Under the pieces are notes generated by a model. That model searched no databases and was not told the DNA's origin. It was given only the letters and a program-made list of their open reading frames with translations. Made by a program: the position numbers and the translations under genes. Below are positions 17,510 to 27,158 of a DNA stretch of 40,432 bases, in pieces (position 1 is the stretch's first letter; each line of letters starts with the position of its first letter). The stretch comes from Microbacterium sp. Its GTDB lineage: Bacteria > Actinomycetota > Actinomycetes > Actinomycetales > Microbacteriaceae. Location: NCBI GenBank assembly GCA_047607025.1, contig JASGDS010000073.1, positions 1 through 40,432 on the forward strand. Reading direction: 5' to 3'.

Positions 17510-19144
17510 ATGAGACGAAACATCGGCCGGAAGGCCATCGTCGCCGCGATCACTGCCACGGCTCTGCTGCTGGGAGGATGCGCGAGCACCGGAAGCAGCC
17601 AGAGCACCGAATCCACGCCGCGCAGTGGAGGTCAGCTGGTGCACGCCGTGCCCGCCCTCGCCGACGGATGGCAGCAGCAGCAGAGCAACAACTGGTACAA
17701 GAGCCAGGTGTGGACTCAGCTGGTCGAGACGCTGGTCTACGTCGACAGCGACGGAACCGTGTACCCGTGGCTCGCCGATTCCTGGGAGGAGAGCGACGAC
17801 GGTCTCACCTACACATTCCATATCCATCCCGGCGTGACATTTTCCGACGGCTCGGCGCTGACTGCGGACACCGTGGCGTACAATCTCGACGTGCTCGGCC
17901 TGGGGGATGCCGACAAGGCAATCAGCCGGTCTCCGATGCTGCCGCTGGAGTACGAGAAGGCGACCGCCGTCGGCGACCTCGATGTCGAAGTGACGCTGTC
18001 GAGCCCGAACGAAGGCTTCATCGCCAGCCTTGGATTCTTCGCGGCCGGCATGCTCTCGGAAGCGACCCTCGATCTGCCCCTCGAAGAGCAGTCGGAACTG
18101 GAGAACGTGTCGGGAACCGGTCCCTTCGTCCTCGAGTCGGAGACGCCCGGTCAGAAGATCACGCTCACGCGTCGCGACGACTACGACTGGGCGAGCCCCG
18201 CGTTCTCCCATTCCGGACCGGCGTATCTCGACAGCATCGTGTTCGTCGCGGTCGAGGAAGACGCGTCGAGGCTGGGAGCGCTGCAGTCTGAGCAAGTCGA
18301 TTCCATCCACTACGTTCAGCCCACCGAAGAGGAGCAGTTGAAGGATGCCGGGTGGAACGTGATCTACGCGAAGTACTCGGGAACTCCGATCAACCTCGTG
18401 CTGAGGCCCGAGGCCGAGATCGTCGACGACGTTCGCGTGCGACAGGCGATTCAGGTCGGGATCGACAGGCAGAATCTGGTGGATACGGTCTACAACTCCA
18501 ACTGGAACGCCGCCGCCTCGGTGGTGCAGCAGGCATCAGCGGGATGGGTGGATCTGAGCGATGAGCTGGCCTATGACCCCGAACAGGCACAAGCGCTGCT
18601 GGACGAGGCCGGGTGGGACGACGTGGGCGACGACGGAATCCGGGTCAAGGACGGTGAACGGCTGAGCCTCACCGCGTACACGTCGCCGAATCTCAACACC
18701 ACCTCGCAACTGCTGGAGCTGATCGCCCAGCAGCTGGCGGAGATCGGCGTCGACCTGCAGATTCGGCAGACGGATGCCACAAGCTACAGCGAGGTGTTCG
18801 CCGCCACAGCGACGCAGCTCATTCCCACCGCGAACACCTTCCTCGATGCGGCGACGCTCAAGCAGTACTGGGGCACGTCGGCGGGGAATCAATTCCTGCT
18901 GCCGGCGGATTCCGCGGATGCGGAAGCATGGGATGGGCTGCTGACCGCCGTTGCGCAGACCGCGCCGGGAAGCGACGAACGGGCCGATGCTGTGCAAGCC
19001 GTGCAGGAGGAGGCGATCGAGCAGGCGTACACGGTGCCGCTGATCGACAACTACCAGGTCTACGTGACCAATGCAGACGTGCACGACGTCGTCACGAATG
19101 CTGTCGGCCGTCCGTACTTCTACGACACCTGGAAGAGCAGCTGA
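17510..19144 (+). CDS. Family-5 (peptide/nickel type) ABC substrate-binding lipoprotein, no adjacent permease
   Basis: Lipobox LGGC, PWLADSWE, YTF.I..GVTFSDG..LTA, GTGPF, DVRVRQA, YDPE.A..LLDEAGW; GAAGGA RBS. Confidence 0.92.
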   Translation: MRRNIGRKAIVAAITATALLLGGCASTGSSQSTESTPRSGGQLVHAVPALADGWQQQQSNNWYKSQVWTQLVETLVYVDSDGTVYPWLADSWEESDDGLTYTFHIHPGVTFSDGSALTADTVAYNLDVLGLGDADKAISRSPMLPLEYEKATAVGDLDVEVTLSSPNEGFIASLGFFAAGMLSEATLDLPLEEQSELENVSGTGPFVLESETPGQKITLTRRDDYDWASPAFSHSGPAYLDSIVFVAVEEDASRLGALQSEQVDSIHYVQPTEEEQLKDAGWNVIYAKYSGTPINLVLRPEAEIVDDVRVRQAIQVGIDRQNLVDTVYNSNWNAAASVVQQASAGWVDLSDELAYDPEQAQALLDEAGWDDVGDDGIRVKDGERLSLTAYTSPNLNTTSQLLELIAQQLAEIGVDLQIRQTDATSYSEVFAATATQLIPTANTFLDAATLKQYWGTSAGNQFLLPADSADAEAWDGLLTAVAQTAPGSDERADAVQAVQEEAIEQAYTVPLIDNYQVYVTNADVHDVVTNAVGRPYFYDTWKSS

Positions 19145-21462
19145 TCGTCGACGCTGCCGTTCGGATCCTGCGCCGGGCCGTCCGCGAATCGCGGCGGCCC
19201 GTAGGCGAGGACGGGCGGCAGCTCGCCGTCGTAGCGCATGACGTGCACGCGAACGCGCGCCCCATTCGACGCCTGCGTCAGTGTTGACGTTCCGACATCC
19301 AGCGTCAGCGCGTTCACGTTTCCGCTGATGCAGTCGGCGATGTCGGGTGCGCTCGGATCGAACCAGGCTCCCGTGTGCATCTGCGCAACGCCCGACAGCA
19401 GCGCGTCGGAGATGACGACGCCTGCAAGAATGCTGCCCTGTCGGCTCGTCACGCGCACGACATCACCTGACGCGAGGCCGCGAGCTGCGGCATCCGTCGG
19501 GTTCAGCCGGATCGGCTCGCGTCCCGCGACCTTGGTCGCCTGACTCGCATCGCCCATATCCAGCTGCGAGTGCAGGCGGTGAGAGGGCTGCGTGCACAGC
19601 AGCTCGAGATCGAAGCTCCCATCGACCGGGTCCGGCTCTCGCCAGAAGGCGTGCCCGGCGACATCCGGCAGGGCGAATCGGTCGAGCGTCTCGCTGAACA
19701 GCTCGATCCGCCCACTCGGGGTCGCAAGCGGATGAGCGGTGGGATCGGCGCGGAACCGCGAGAACGCCTCGTCGGTGTAGGGCACCTGCGGCAGCGGCGC
19801 TCCGCCTGCCTCCCAGAAGTCTGCGAAGGCCGGCACCGGTGGCGCGTCTGCGCGATCGCGCCACGCCTCATAGATGTGCTCCAGCCACGCTCGGGCATCC
19901 CGTCCTTCGGCGACGTCGGCGCCGAGGCGACGCGCGAGCTGGTCGTAGATCCAGAACTCCTCGCGAGCCTCGCCGTGCGGTGCCACGATCCGAGGCATCG
20001 CACGCAGCCTGGCATCCCCCGGCCCGGCTGCGATGTCTTCGCGCTCGAGCGGGTTCGCTGCCGGCAGCACGATGTCGGCGTGCCGCGCGGTGGGGGTCCA
20101 GTGGAACTCGTGCACCACAAGCGAGTCGAGCTTTGTGAAGGCTCGTCGAAGACGCTTCAGGTCTTGATGATGATGGAAGGGATTCCCGCCGGCCCAGTAG
20201 GCGAGCCGGACCTCTGGCAGGGTCAGCGTGCCACCGTTGTACGGGATGTCCGTGCCAGGGTTCAGCAGCAGATCGCTGATGCGAGCGCAGGGGATGAAGT
20301 CGGGCACCGGGTTGCGACCCTGGTTGAATGTGGGCAGCGGCACCGGCTCGCAGCCGTTGCCGTAGTCGCCCATCGACCCGTAGCCGTGGCTGAAGCCGCC
20401 GCCGGGCAGCCCGATCTGTCCGAGAAACGCCGCCAGCGTCAGGGCGGCGAACACCGCCTGCTCGCCGCCCTGATGGCGTTGCAGCGAGTAGGTCACGTTG
20501 ACGAGCGTGCGACCGGACGCGGCTCGGCGGGCAAGGGCCCGGATCGTCTCGGCAGGAACGCCGCTGATCGCCTGCGCCCACGCGGGCGTCTTGGGCGTGC
20601 CGTCGGCGTCGCCGAGCACGTATTCGCGCACGCGATCCTCGCCGACGGTGTGCGTCGACAGAAACGTCTCGTTGGACAGACCCTCCACCACGAGCGTGTG
20701 GATCATCGCCAGCAGGACGGTGGCATCCGTGCCAGGCTTAACGCCCACCCATTCGGCCCCCAGTTCCTCGAGCGCATCGTCTCGCTGGGCGGACAGCGAG
20801 ACGATGCGCGTCGATGCGGCAGCGCTGCGCGCCTGCGTGGTGCCGCGGTGGCGATTCTGACCGCCTGGCACGACCCAGCTGTTCGAGCGGCGCAGTCCGC
20901 CGAAGGCGAGGAAGAGGTCGGTATGCGAGGCGATCTGCGCCCAGGAGGTCGGGCGCGTGCGCAGCTGATCCATCCCATCGGGGCCGATCAGATGGGGCAG
21001 CAGCACGAGGCTGGCGCCCCGACTGTAGTCATTGACCGAGAAGGTGTAGCCGCCGATCGCATTCAGAAAGCGATGCAGCTGACTCTGCGCATGGTGGAAC
21101 CTTCCCGCGCTGCCCCAGCCGTACGACCCGCCGAAGATGGCGCGATTGCCGTGTTCGCGTCGCACGCGATCGAGCTCGCCGGCGAGCAGGTGGAGTGCGC
21201 GGTCCCACGACACCTCGACGTACTCGTCGTCGGGATCGCCGCGGTGCTCGTCGGGGCCGGGACCGTTCTCCAGCCAGCGGCGTCGTACGGCCGGTCGGGC
21301 GACGCGAGAGGGATGGTGCTGAGCGCTCGCGACGTTGCCGATCGCGGGTGCGGCGTCCGGGTCATCCTGATGCGCTGCCGCCGAGATGACGCGGCCATCC
21401 TGAGCGGACAGTTCGACCTGGAACGTGCCCCAGTGCGCGCTGGATTCGTGAAGTGCGGGCAT
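19120..21462 (-). CDS. Cytoplasmic Mo-bisPGD oxidoreductase, BisC/TorA-like (biotin/methionine sulfoxide reductase family)
   Basis: SAHWG, GSYGWGSAGRFHHAQSQ, YS.GA (Ser ligand), GQIGLPGGG, YWAGGNPFHHHQD, ADIVLP, L.TPSGRIE, RLHSQ, GAWFDP; no Tat signal or Fe-S Cys cluster; CACAAT 6 nt before ATG 21462. Confidence 0.92.
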   Translation of the reverse strand: MPALHESSAHWGTFQVELSAQDGRVISAAAHQDDPDAAPAIGNVASAQHHPSRVARPAVRRRWLENGPGPDEHRGDPDDEYVEVSWDRALHLLAGELDRVRREHGNRAIFGGSYGWGSAGRFHHAQSQLHRFLNAIGGYTFSVNDYSRGASLVLLPHLIGPDGMDQLRTRPTSWAQIASHTDLFLAFGGLRRSNSWVVPGGQNRHRGTTQARSAAASTRIVSLSAQRDDALEELGAEWVGVKPGTDATVLLAMIHTLVVEGLSNETFLSTHTVGEDRVREYVLGDADGTPKTPAWAQAISGVPAETIRALARRAASGRTLVNVTYSLQRHQGGEQAVFAALTLAAFLGQIGLPGGGFSHGYGSMGDYGNGCEPVPLPTFNQGRNPVPDFIPCARISDLLLNPGTDIPYNGGTLTLPEVRLAYWAGGNPFHHHQDLKRLRRAFTKLDSLVVHEFHWTPTARHADIVLPAANPLEREDIAAGPGDARLRAMPRIVAPHGEAREEFWIYDQLARRLGADVAEGRDARAWLEHIYEAWRDRADAPPVPAFADFWEAGGAPLPQVPYTDEAFSRFRADPTAHPLATPSGRIELFSETLDRFALPDVAGHAFWREPDPVDGSFDLELLCTQPSHRLHSQLDMGDASQATKVAGREPIRLNPTDAAARGLASGDVVRVTSRQGSILAGVVISDALLSGVAQMHTGAWFDPSAPDIADCISGNVNALTLDVGTSTLTQASNGARVRVHVMRYDGELPPVLAYGPPRFADGPAQDPNGSVDDQLLFQVS

Positions 21463-21769
21463 GCCGATATTGTGCGCCCGCCCCGTATGACGATGACAGC
21501 TCAGCGGAGGCACCTGCAATAGAGCGTCATCGTCTGCGAATGAGGTGAGAGCGTCCCGCCGATTCGGATGAGCCCTGTCGCGGCCGTTCTGCCGCGGAAT
21601 CATGCGGTTCTTGAGCCGATCTCGACACCGGGATGAATCATCATCCCACGCGATCGGTACTCATTCGCTCTGGTGGTTGGACGTCTCAATGCCAGAACCG
21701 GACACTTGCCTCAGCACCGCATCCCCCGCGTCGCACACCCGTACCGACACGATCGAAGGACACCACAGC

Positions 21770-23419
21770 ATGAACATCTCAAAGCCCGCTCGATGGCGTG
21801 GGGCCATCGCAGCCGCCGCCGTCACGGCCGTGCTTCTGACCGGCTGCGCCAGCGGCGCAGGCAGCGAGGACACGACGTCGAGCGAGGGGCCGACCGACGG
21901 CGGCGACATCGTCTTCCTGATCAATTCGCTCGGCACCACCTGGGTGCCCAACGAGAGCTCGATCTCGAGCTACCAGGGCAACATCTGGGGTCAGGTCACC
22001 GACAAGCTCGTCTATGTCGACGACAAGGGAAACGTCAGCCCCTGGATCGCGGAGAGCTGGGAGCAGAACGACGACGCGACCGAGTTCACCCTGCACCTCA
22101 AGGACGGTGTGACGTTCTCGGACGGCACGCCGCTCGACGCGGATGCCGTCGTCGCGAACCTCGACGAGTGGGCCTTCGGCGACGCCGACAAGGGCATCGC
22201 GGCGGTCGGGCTGTTCCCGAAGACGTATGAGAGCGCCGTGGCGGTCGACGATCTGACCGTAGAGGTCGATTTCAGCGCCTCGACCCTCGGGTTCATCCCG
22301 ACGCTCGGCTACCACGGGTCGATCCTCGTCTCGCCGAAGACCCTCGCGCTGTCGAAGGAGGAGCAGGGCGACCTGTCCAACTTCTCCGGCTCGGGCCCAT
22401 TCACCATCGAGTCCTGGGCGGATGGCGACAACGTCAAACTCGTCAAGCGCGACGACTACACCTGGGGACCAGAGGCTCTCGGGCACACCGATGCCGCCTA
22501 CCTCGACTCCATCACCTTCAAGCAGGTGACCGAGGCCTCGACACGCGTCGGCGCGCTCACCGCCTCCCAGGCCGACGTCGTCTACAACATCCAGCCGAGC
22601 GAGCTCTCCGGGCTGGAGGACCAGGGGTACACGGTCGACCTGCCCCGCTATCTGGGCTTCACGAACGGCTACGCGGTCGACACTACGCAGGCGCCCTTCG
22701 ACGATGTGCTCGTGCGCCAGTCGCTGCAGCACTCGATCGATCGGCAGGAGATCCTGGACACGGTGTACACCGACGGCTGGCTCGCGGCGGAGGGGTTCAT
22801 TCAGAGCAATGTGCCCGAGGCGACCGACCACTCCTCGGAGTTCGAATACGACGCCGATGAGGCCGCCGATCTGCTCGACCAGGCCGGCTGGGAGCTGGGA
22901 TCGGACGGGGTGCGCACGAAGGACGGCCAGACGCTGTCGCTGACGCTGTACGCGAATCCCTATCTGACCACCTCGTCCGCCATCGATGAGATCGTCTCGC
23001 AGCAGCTGACGACGCTCGGCTGGGACGTCTCGGTCGAGACCTACGACGTGACCACCTACAGCGAGAAGGTGAGCGCCGGTGGGGTCGCGGTCCCGTTGTC
23101 CGAGGTCACTCGCTCGTTCATCGATGTGGGAACCGTTGCGAGCATCCTGACCAGCGCGAACAGCGGCGAGGACTGGTTCGGTCTCGGCGAGTCAGACGAC
23201 CAGCTCAACGACCTGCGCGACCAGATCGCGACGGCCACAGATTCGGATGCCCGCGCGGCGGCGGTGGACGAGCTGCAGACCTACGTGCTCACGCAGGGCC
23301 TGTTCATCCCGATCACCCAGATCGTGCAGCGCATCTATGTGCAGAACCCCGATCTGCAGGGCGTCACCTACAACGGGGTCGCGATCCCGAACTACTACTC
23401 GGCGTACCTCAGCAGCTGA
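21770..23419 (+). CDS. Family-5 ABC substrate-binding lipoprotein
   Basis: Lipobox LTGC, QVTDKLVY, PWIAESWE, GVTFSDGTPLDA, GSGPF; GAAGGA RBS before ATG 21770. Confidence 0.93.
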   Translation: MNISKPARWRGAIAAAAVTAVLLTGCASGAGSEDTTSSEGPTDGGDIVFLINSLGTTWVPNESSISSYQGNIWGQVTDKLVYVDDKGNVSPWIAESWEQNDDATEFTLHLKDGVTFSDGTPLDADAVVANLDEWAFGDADKGIAAVGLFPKTYESAVAVDDLTVEVDFSASTLGFIPTLGYHGSILVSPKTLALSKEEQGDLSNFSGSGPFTIESWADGDNVKLVKRDDYTWGPEALGHTDAAYLDSITFKQVTEASTRVGALTASQADVVYNIQPSELSGLEDQGYTVDLPRYLGFTNGYAVDTTQAPFDDVLVRQSLQHSIDRQEILDTVYTDGWLAAEGFIQSNVPEATDHSSEFEYDADEAADLLDQAGWELGSDGVRTKDGQTLSLTLYANPYLTTSSAIDEIVSQQLTTLGWDVSVETYDVTTYSEKVSAGGVAVPLSEVTRSFIDVGTVASILTSANSGEDWFGLGESDDQLNDLRDQIATATDSDARAAAVDELQTYVLTQGLFIPITQIVQRIYVQNPDLQGVTYNGVAIPNYYSAYLSS

Positions 23420-23426
23420 CCGATGG

Positions 23427-23449
23427 TCGGCCGGCGATCCGCCGGCCGA
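23427..23449 (+). other. Intercistronic GC-rich stem-loop after the binding-protein gene
   Basis: TCGGCCGGCG-ATC-CGCCGGCCGA, perfect 10-bp stem, no U tract; position typical of mRNA-stabilising or attenuating hairpins. Confidence 0.6.
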
Positions 23450-23468
23450 TCCCGCGGAAAGGAGAGAC

Positions 23469-24485
23469 ATGAACCCGGCATATCTTGCATACGCCGCGAA
23501 GCGGCTTGGCCAGGCAGCGCTGGTCGTGCTGCTGGCGTATGTGCTCACCTTCGTCGTGATCAGCGTGCTGCCGGGCGACCCGTTGAGCAGCACCCTGCGC
23601 AACCCCGAGAACGGGTTCACCGAGGATGAGATCGCGAAGATGGTCTCGTACTACGGCCTGGACCGTCCGGTGACGGTGCAGCTGTGGGAGTCGTTGAGCC
23701 GGTTCGTGGTCGGTGACCTCGGGATCTCCCTTCGGTCGAGTCTGCCCGTCTCCCGGGTCATCGGTGAGGCGCTGCCCTCCACCATCGCGCTCGCCCTGAC
23801 GGCGCTCGCCGTGGCGGTCGTGCTCGCGTTCGCCGTCGCGTACGGAGTGCAGCTTCTGCCTCGCCGGTACGGGCAGGGCATCCTTCGAGCGCTGCCAGCG
23901 CTGTTCCTGTCGGTTCCCAACTTCGTCATCGGTCTGCTGCTGCTGAACGTGTGCGCGTTCCAGCTCGGCCTGTTCTCGGTGATCGACCCGAACAGTCCGG
24001 TGGCGACGCTGTTCGCCGCCATCGCCCTGGGCATCCCCGTCTCCGCACAGATCGCGGAAGTGCTCATCACCGGCCTCGACCACGAGTTCACGCAGGAGTA
24101 CGCAGTCGTCGCCTACGCGAGGGGCCTGGGCCGCACGCGCTTGTTCTTCGCGCACCTGCTGAAACCGTCGGCGCTTCCCGTCGTCACCGTCATCGCGCTC
24201 ACCGTGGGGGAGCTGCTCGGCGGTGCCCTCATCACGGAAGCGGTCTTCGGACGGGTGGGGGTCGGCAGCGTGGTGCAGAGCGCGGTCGCCTCGCAGGACT
24301 TGCCGGTGCTGCAGGCCGTGGTCTCGTTGGCCGCGCTCGTCTTCGTAGTGGTCAACCTGCTCGCCGATCTGGTCTATCCGCTGCTGGACCCGAGAGTCAA
24401 ACTGCTCTCCGTCGCCACAGGGCGACAGACTCCGCAGGATGAGCCGAGCGCTGCTGCGGGCATCGAAGAGAGGGTGAGCGCCTGA
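23469..24485 (+). CDS. ABC permease, DppB/OppB type
   Basis: LPGDP, YGLDRP, GDLGIS, A.ARGL loop, GGALITEAVF, NLLADLVYPLLDPR; AAGGAG RBS. Confidence 0.93.
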   Translation: MNPAYLAYAAKRLGQAALVVLLAYVLTFVVISVLPGDPLSSTLRNPENGFTEDEIAKMVSYYGLDRPVTVQLWESLSRFVVGDLGISLRSSLPVSRVIGEALPSTIALALTALAVAVVLAFAVAYGVQLLPRRYGQGILRALPALFLSVPNFVIGLLLLNVCAFQLGLFSVIDPNSPVATLFAAIALGIPVSAQIAEVLITGLDHEFTQEYAVVAYARGLGRTRLFFAHLLKPSALPVVTVIALTVGELLGGALITEAVFGRVGVGSVVQSAVASQDLPVLQAVVSLAALVFVVVNLLADLVYPLLDPRVKLLSVATGRQTPQDEPSAAAGIEERVSA

Positions 24486-25378
24486 TGGCCACGCTTGAAC
24501 CCACCCTGTTCGTGAACGAGCCGCGCTTCTCGGCGCCATCCGCCCCAGGTCGGCGTGCCGCCGCACGCTTGGGGCTCGCGCGACTGGTATCGTTGCCGCC
24601 CACCGTGCTGCTGTCGTTCGTCGTGCTGCTCGTCGTGGTCGCCTGGTCGATCGCGCCCGGGCTGTTCACCTCTCACGACTATGTCGCCGGTGACACCTCG
24701 GAGAAGCTCCAGGCGCCCAGCCTCGCCCACTGGCTCGGCACAGACAACCTGGGTCGCGACCTCTTCGCGCGCATCGTGTACGGCACCCAGTCCTCCGTGG
24801 CGAGTGCCCTGGTGGCCGTGTCGATCGCCGTCATCGTCGGCGGACTCATCGGTCTGGTCGCCGGGTTCTTCGGTGGATGGGTGGACGCGACCCTTGCGCG
24901 GCTCGTCGACGTGCTGCTGGCGATCCCCGGATTCCTGCTGTCGGTCGTGGTGGTCAGCGCGCTGGGCTTCGAGACGATCAACGCCGCCATCGCCACGGGC
25001 ATCTCGGCGGTCGCCGTGTTCGCTAGGGTGATGCGGGCCGAGGCGCTCAAGGTGCGCCAATCGGTTTTCGTCGAAGCATCGACCCTGCAGGGCGGATCGC
25101 GGTGGAACGTGCTGATCGGGCACGTGCTTCCCAATGCCTCGCGGTCGGTTCTGGCGCTGGCGGTGCTGCAGTTCGGCGTGTCGATCCTCGTGATCGCAGG
25201 GCTCGCCTTCCTGGGGTACGGCGACCCGCCACCCGCCTCCGACTGGGGCCTGCTCGTGTCGGCGGGCAAGGACTACCTGGTGTCCAGCCCGTGGCTCGTG
25301 TACGCGCCCGCCGCCGTCATCGTCTCCGTCGTTCTCAGCGTGAACCGCATCAGCCGCTGGCTGCGCAAGACCGGCTGA
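24485..25378 (+). CDS. ABC permease, DppC/OppC type
   Basis: HWLGTDNLGRDLFARIVYG, FVEAS, HVLPN, LAFLGYG..PP..DWG. Confidence 0.93.
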   Translation: MATLEPTLFVNEPRFSAPSAPGRRAAARLGLARLVSLPPTVLLSFVVLLVVVAWSIAPGLFTSHDYVAGDTSEKLQAPSLAHWLGTDNLGRDLFARIVYGTQSSVASALVAVSIAVIVGGLIGLVAGFFGGWVDATLARLVDVLLAIPGFLLSVVVVSALGFETINAAIATGISAVAVFARVMRAEALKVRQSVFVEASTLQGGSRWNVLIGHVLPNASRSVLALAVLQFGVSILVIAGLAFLGYGDPPPASDWGLLVSAGKDYLVSSPWLVYAPAAVIVSVVLSVNRISRWLRKTG

Positions 25379-25405
25379 GCCACCATCTTTCCTCCGGAGG
25401 ATTCC

Positions 25406-27052
25406 ATGACCAACACCGAGACCACACCGCTGCTGCGGGTGCGCGACCTGTCCGCCTTCTACGGAGGCAATCAGGTCGTCTCAGACGTGAGCTTCGAGCT
25501 GGCACGCGGGCAGAGCCTCGCGCTGATCGGCGAGTCGGGCTCGGGCAAATCGACGATCGCACGTGCCGTGCTTCGCCTGCTCCCTCGTGACACGGGACGG
25601 GCATCCGGTGCCGTCGAGTTCGAGGGCGAGGACATCCTCAGGCGCTCGCTGGGCGCATTCCGTCCGCTGCGCGGTCGACGGCTGGGCTTCGTTCCGCAGG
25701 ATCCGTCATCCTCATTGAACGCGGTGCGCACGATCGGATCGCAGGCGCAGGAGGCGGCGGCGCTCACCGGCGAGAAGGATCCCGCTCGTCGTCGGGCCCG
25801 CATCCTCGAGGTGTTCGAGCGAGTGGGGCTGCCAGACCCGGTGCGGGTGTACCGCTCCTATCCGCATCAGCTGTCTGGCGGCATGCTCCAGCGCGTGCTG
25901 ATCGGCCTCGCCGTGCTGCCGGAGCCCGCTCTGCTGGTTGCGGACGAGCCGACGAGCGCGCTGGACGTGACCATCCAGAAGCGCATCCTCGACCTGCTCA
26001 CCGAGCTGCGCACGTCGCTCGGCATCGGGCTGCTGCTGATCACCCATGACCTGGCGCTCGCCGCGGAACGCGCAGACTCACTGCTCGTGCTGCGTGACGG
26101 CAAGGTGCAGGAGGCGGGCGCGACGGGCGAGGTCTTCACCCAACCGCGGTCGGAGTACGCCGCATCACTGCGCGCAGACGTGCCCGCCCTGAACCCCGAC
26201 CGCTACCGAGAGGCACTGCAGACACGCGCGATCGATCCGGAGAGCGTTCAGATCTCGGTGACGGGTGCGGTGAAGCAGTACGCCGTGGGCCAGTCGACGC
26301 TGCGGGCCCTGGATGACGTGTCGTTCCAGGTGCCGACGGGCAGCACGCATGCCCTGGTCGGTGAATCCGGCTCTGGCAAGACGACGACCGTGCGACTGCT
26401 GCTGGGCCTGGAAGCGCCGGATGCGGGCGAGATCACGATCGCCGGCGAAGCGACGCACGGTCGAAGCCGCAGCGAGCTGCGCACCGCGCGTCGTCACCTG
26501 CAGCTCGTCTACCAGAACCCGTTCACCTCGCTCGATCCCACCTGGCGCGTCGAGCGGTTGGTGCGCGAGCCGCTGGATCGGTATCGCCTGGGGAGCAGGA
26601 GCACGAGAGCGCAGACCGTGCGCGAGACGCTGTCGGCGGTCGGTCTGAAGGAGGGGCTGTGGCGCAGGCATCCTGCCGCGCTCTCCGGCGGTCAGCGTCA
26701 GCGGGTCGCCATCGCGCGCGCACTCGTGCTGCGTCCGAACGTGATCGTGCTCGACGAGCCGACCAGTGCACTCGACGTGAGCGTTCAGGCCGAGATTCTC
26801 GACGTGCTCGTCACGCTGCAGGCCGAGCGGGGCCTGACCTATCTCTTCGTCTCGCACGACCTCGCGCTGGTGCGCCAGGTCGCCGACACCGTCACCGTGC
26901 TGCAGCGCGGCCGAGTCGTCGAGCAGGGTCGCACCGAGCGGGTACTGAGCGATCCGCAGCACCCCTACACACGTTCGCTCGTCGACGCGATCCCAGACCC
27001 GCGGGTGGGAGAGGATCCTCCCTTGCGGGAGCTGACCCTGCAGCACGCCTGA
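25406..27052 (+). CDS. ABC ATP-binding protein, fused double ATPase (DppD/F type)
   Basis: Two GESGSGK Walker A, two LSGG signatures, two DEPTSALD, HPYTR.L. Confidence 0.95.
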   Translation: MTNTETTPLLRVRDLSAFYGGNQVVSDVSFELARGQSLALIGESGSGKSTIARAVLRLLPRDTGRASGAVEFEGEDILRRSLGAFRPLRGRRLGFVPQDPSSSLNAVRTIGSQAQEAAALTGEKDPARRRARILEVFERVGLPDPVRVYRSYPHQLSGGMLQRVLIGLAVLPEPALLVADEPTSALDVTIQKRILDLLTELRTSLGIGLLLITHDLALAAERADSLLVLRDGKVQEAGATGEVFTQPRSEYAASLRADVPALNPDRYREALQTRAIDPESVQISVTGAVKQYAVGQSTLRALDDVSFQVPTGSTHALVGESGSGKTTTVRLLLGLEAPDAGEITIAGEATHGRSRSELRTARRHLQLVYQNPFTSLDPTWRVERLVREPLDRYRLGSRSTRAQTVRETLSAVGLKEGLWRRHPAALSGGQRQRVAIARALVLRPNVIVLDEPTSALDVSVQAEILDVLVTLQAERGLTYLFVSHDLALVRQVADTVTVLQRGRVVEQGRTERVLSDPQHPYTRSLVDAIPDPRVGEDPPLRELTLQHA

Positions 27053-27158
27053 CCCCGCTGAACGAACACCGCCACGACCCGCGAAAGGACGTTCGCTGGG
27101 CAGAACCCCGCCGTCGGCGCGTAGAAGCGCCCGCACACCCACCCCAGAGGAGACAATC

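Noticed and set aside
12860-21620. SigH/SigR promoters from GGAAT at 12860 and 21596
   Set aside because: No GTT at the expected 18-19 nt spacing.
21487-21773. Leader peptide MTMTAQRRHLQ and a chain of ATGA-linked short ORFs (21568-21636, 21633-21773)
   Set aside because: Only a weak RRH resemblance to actinobacterial Cys leader peptides, stops before any Cys, and such chains arise easily by chance in GC-rich DNA.
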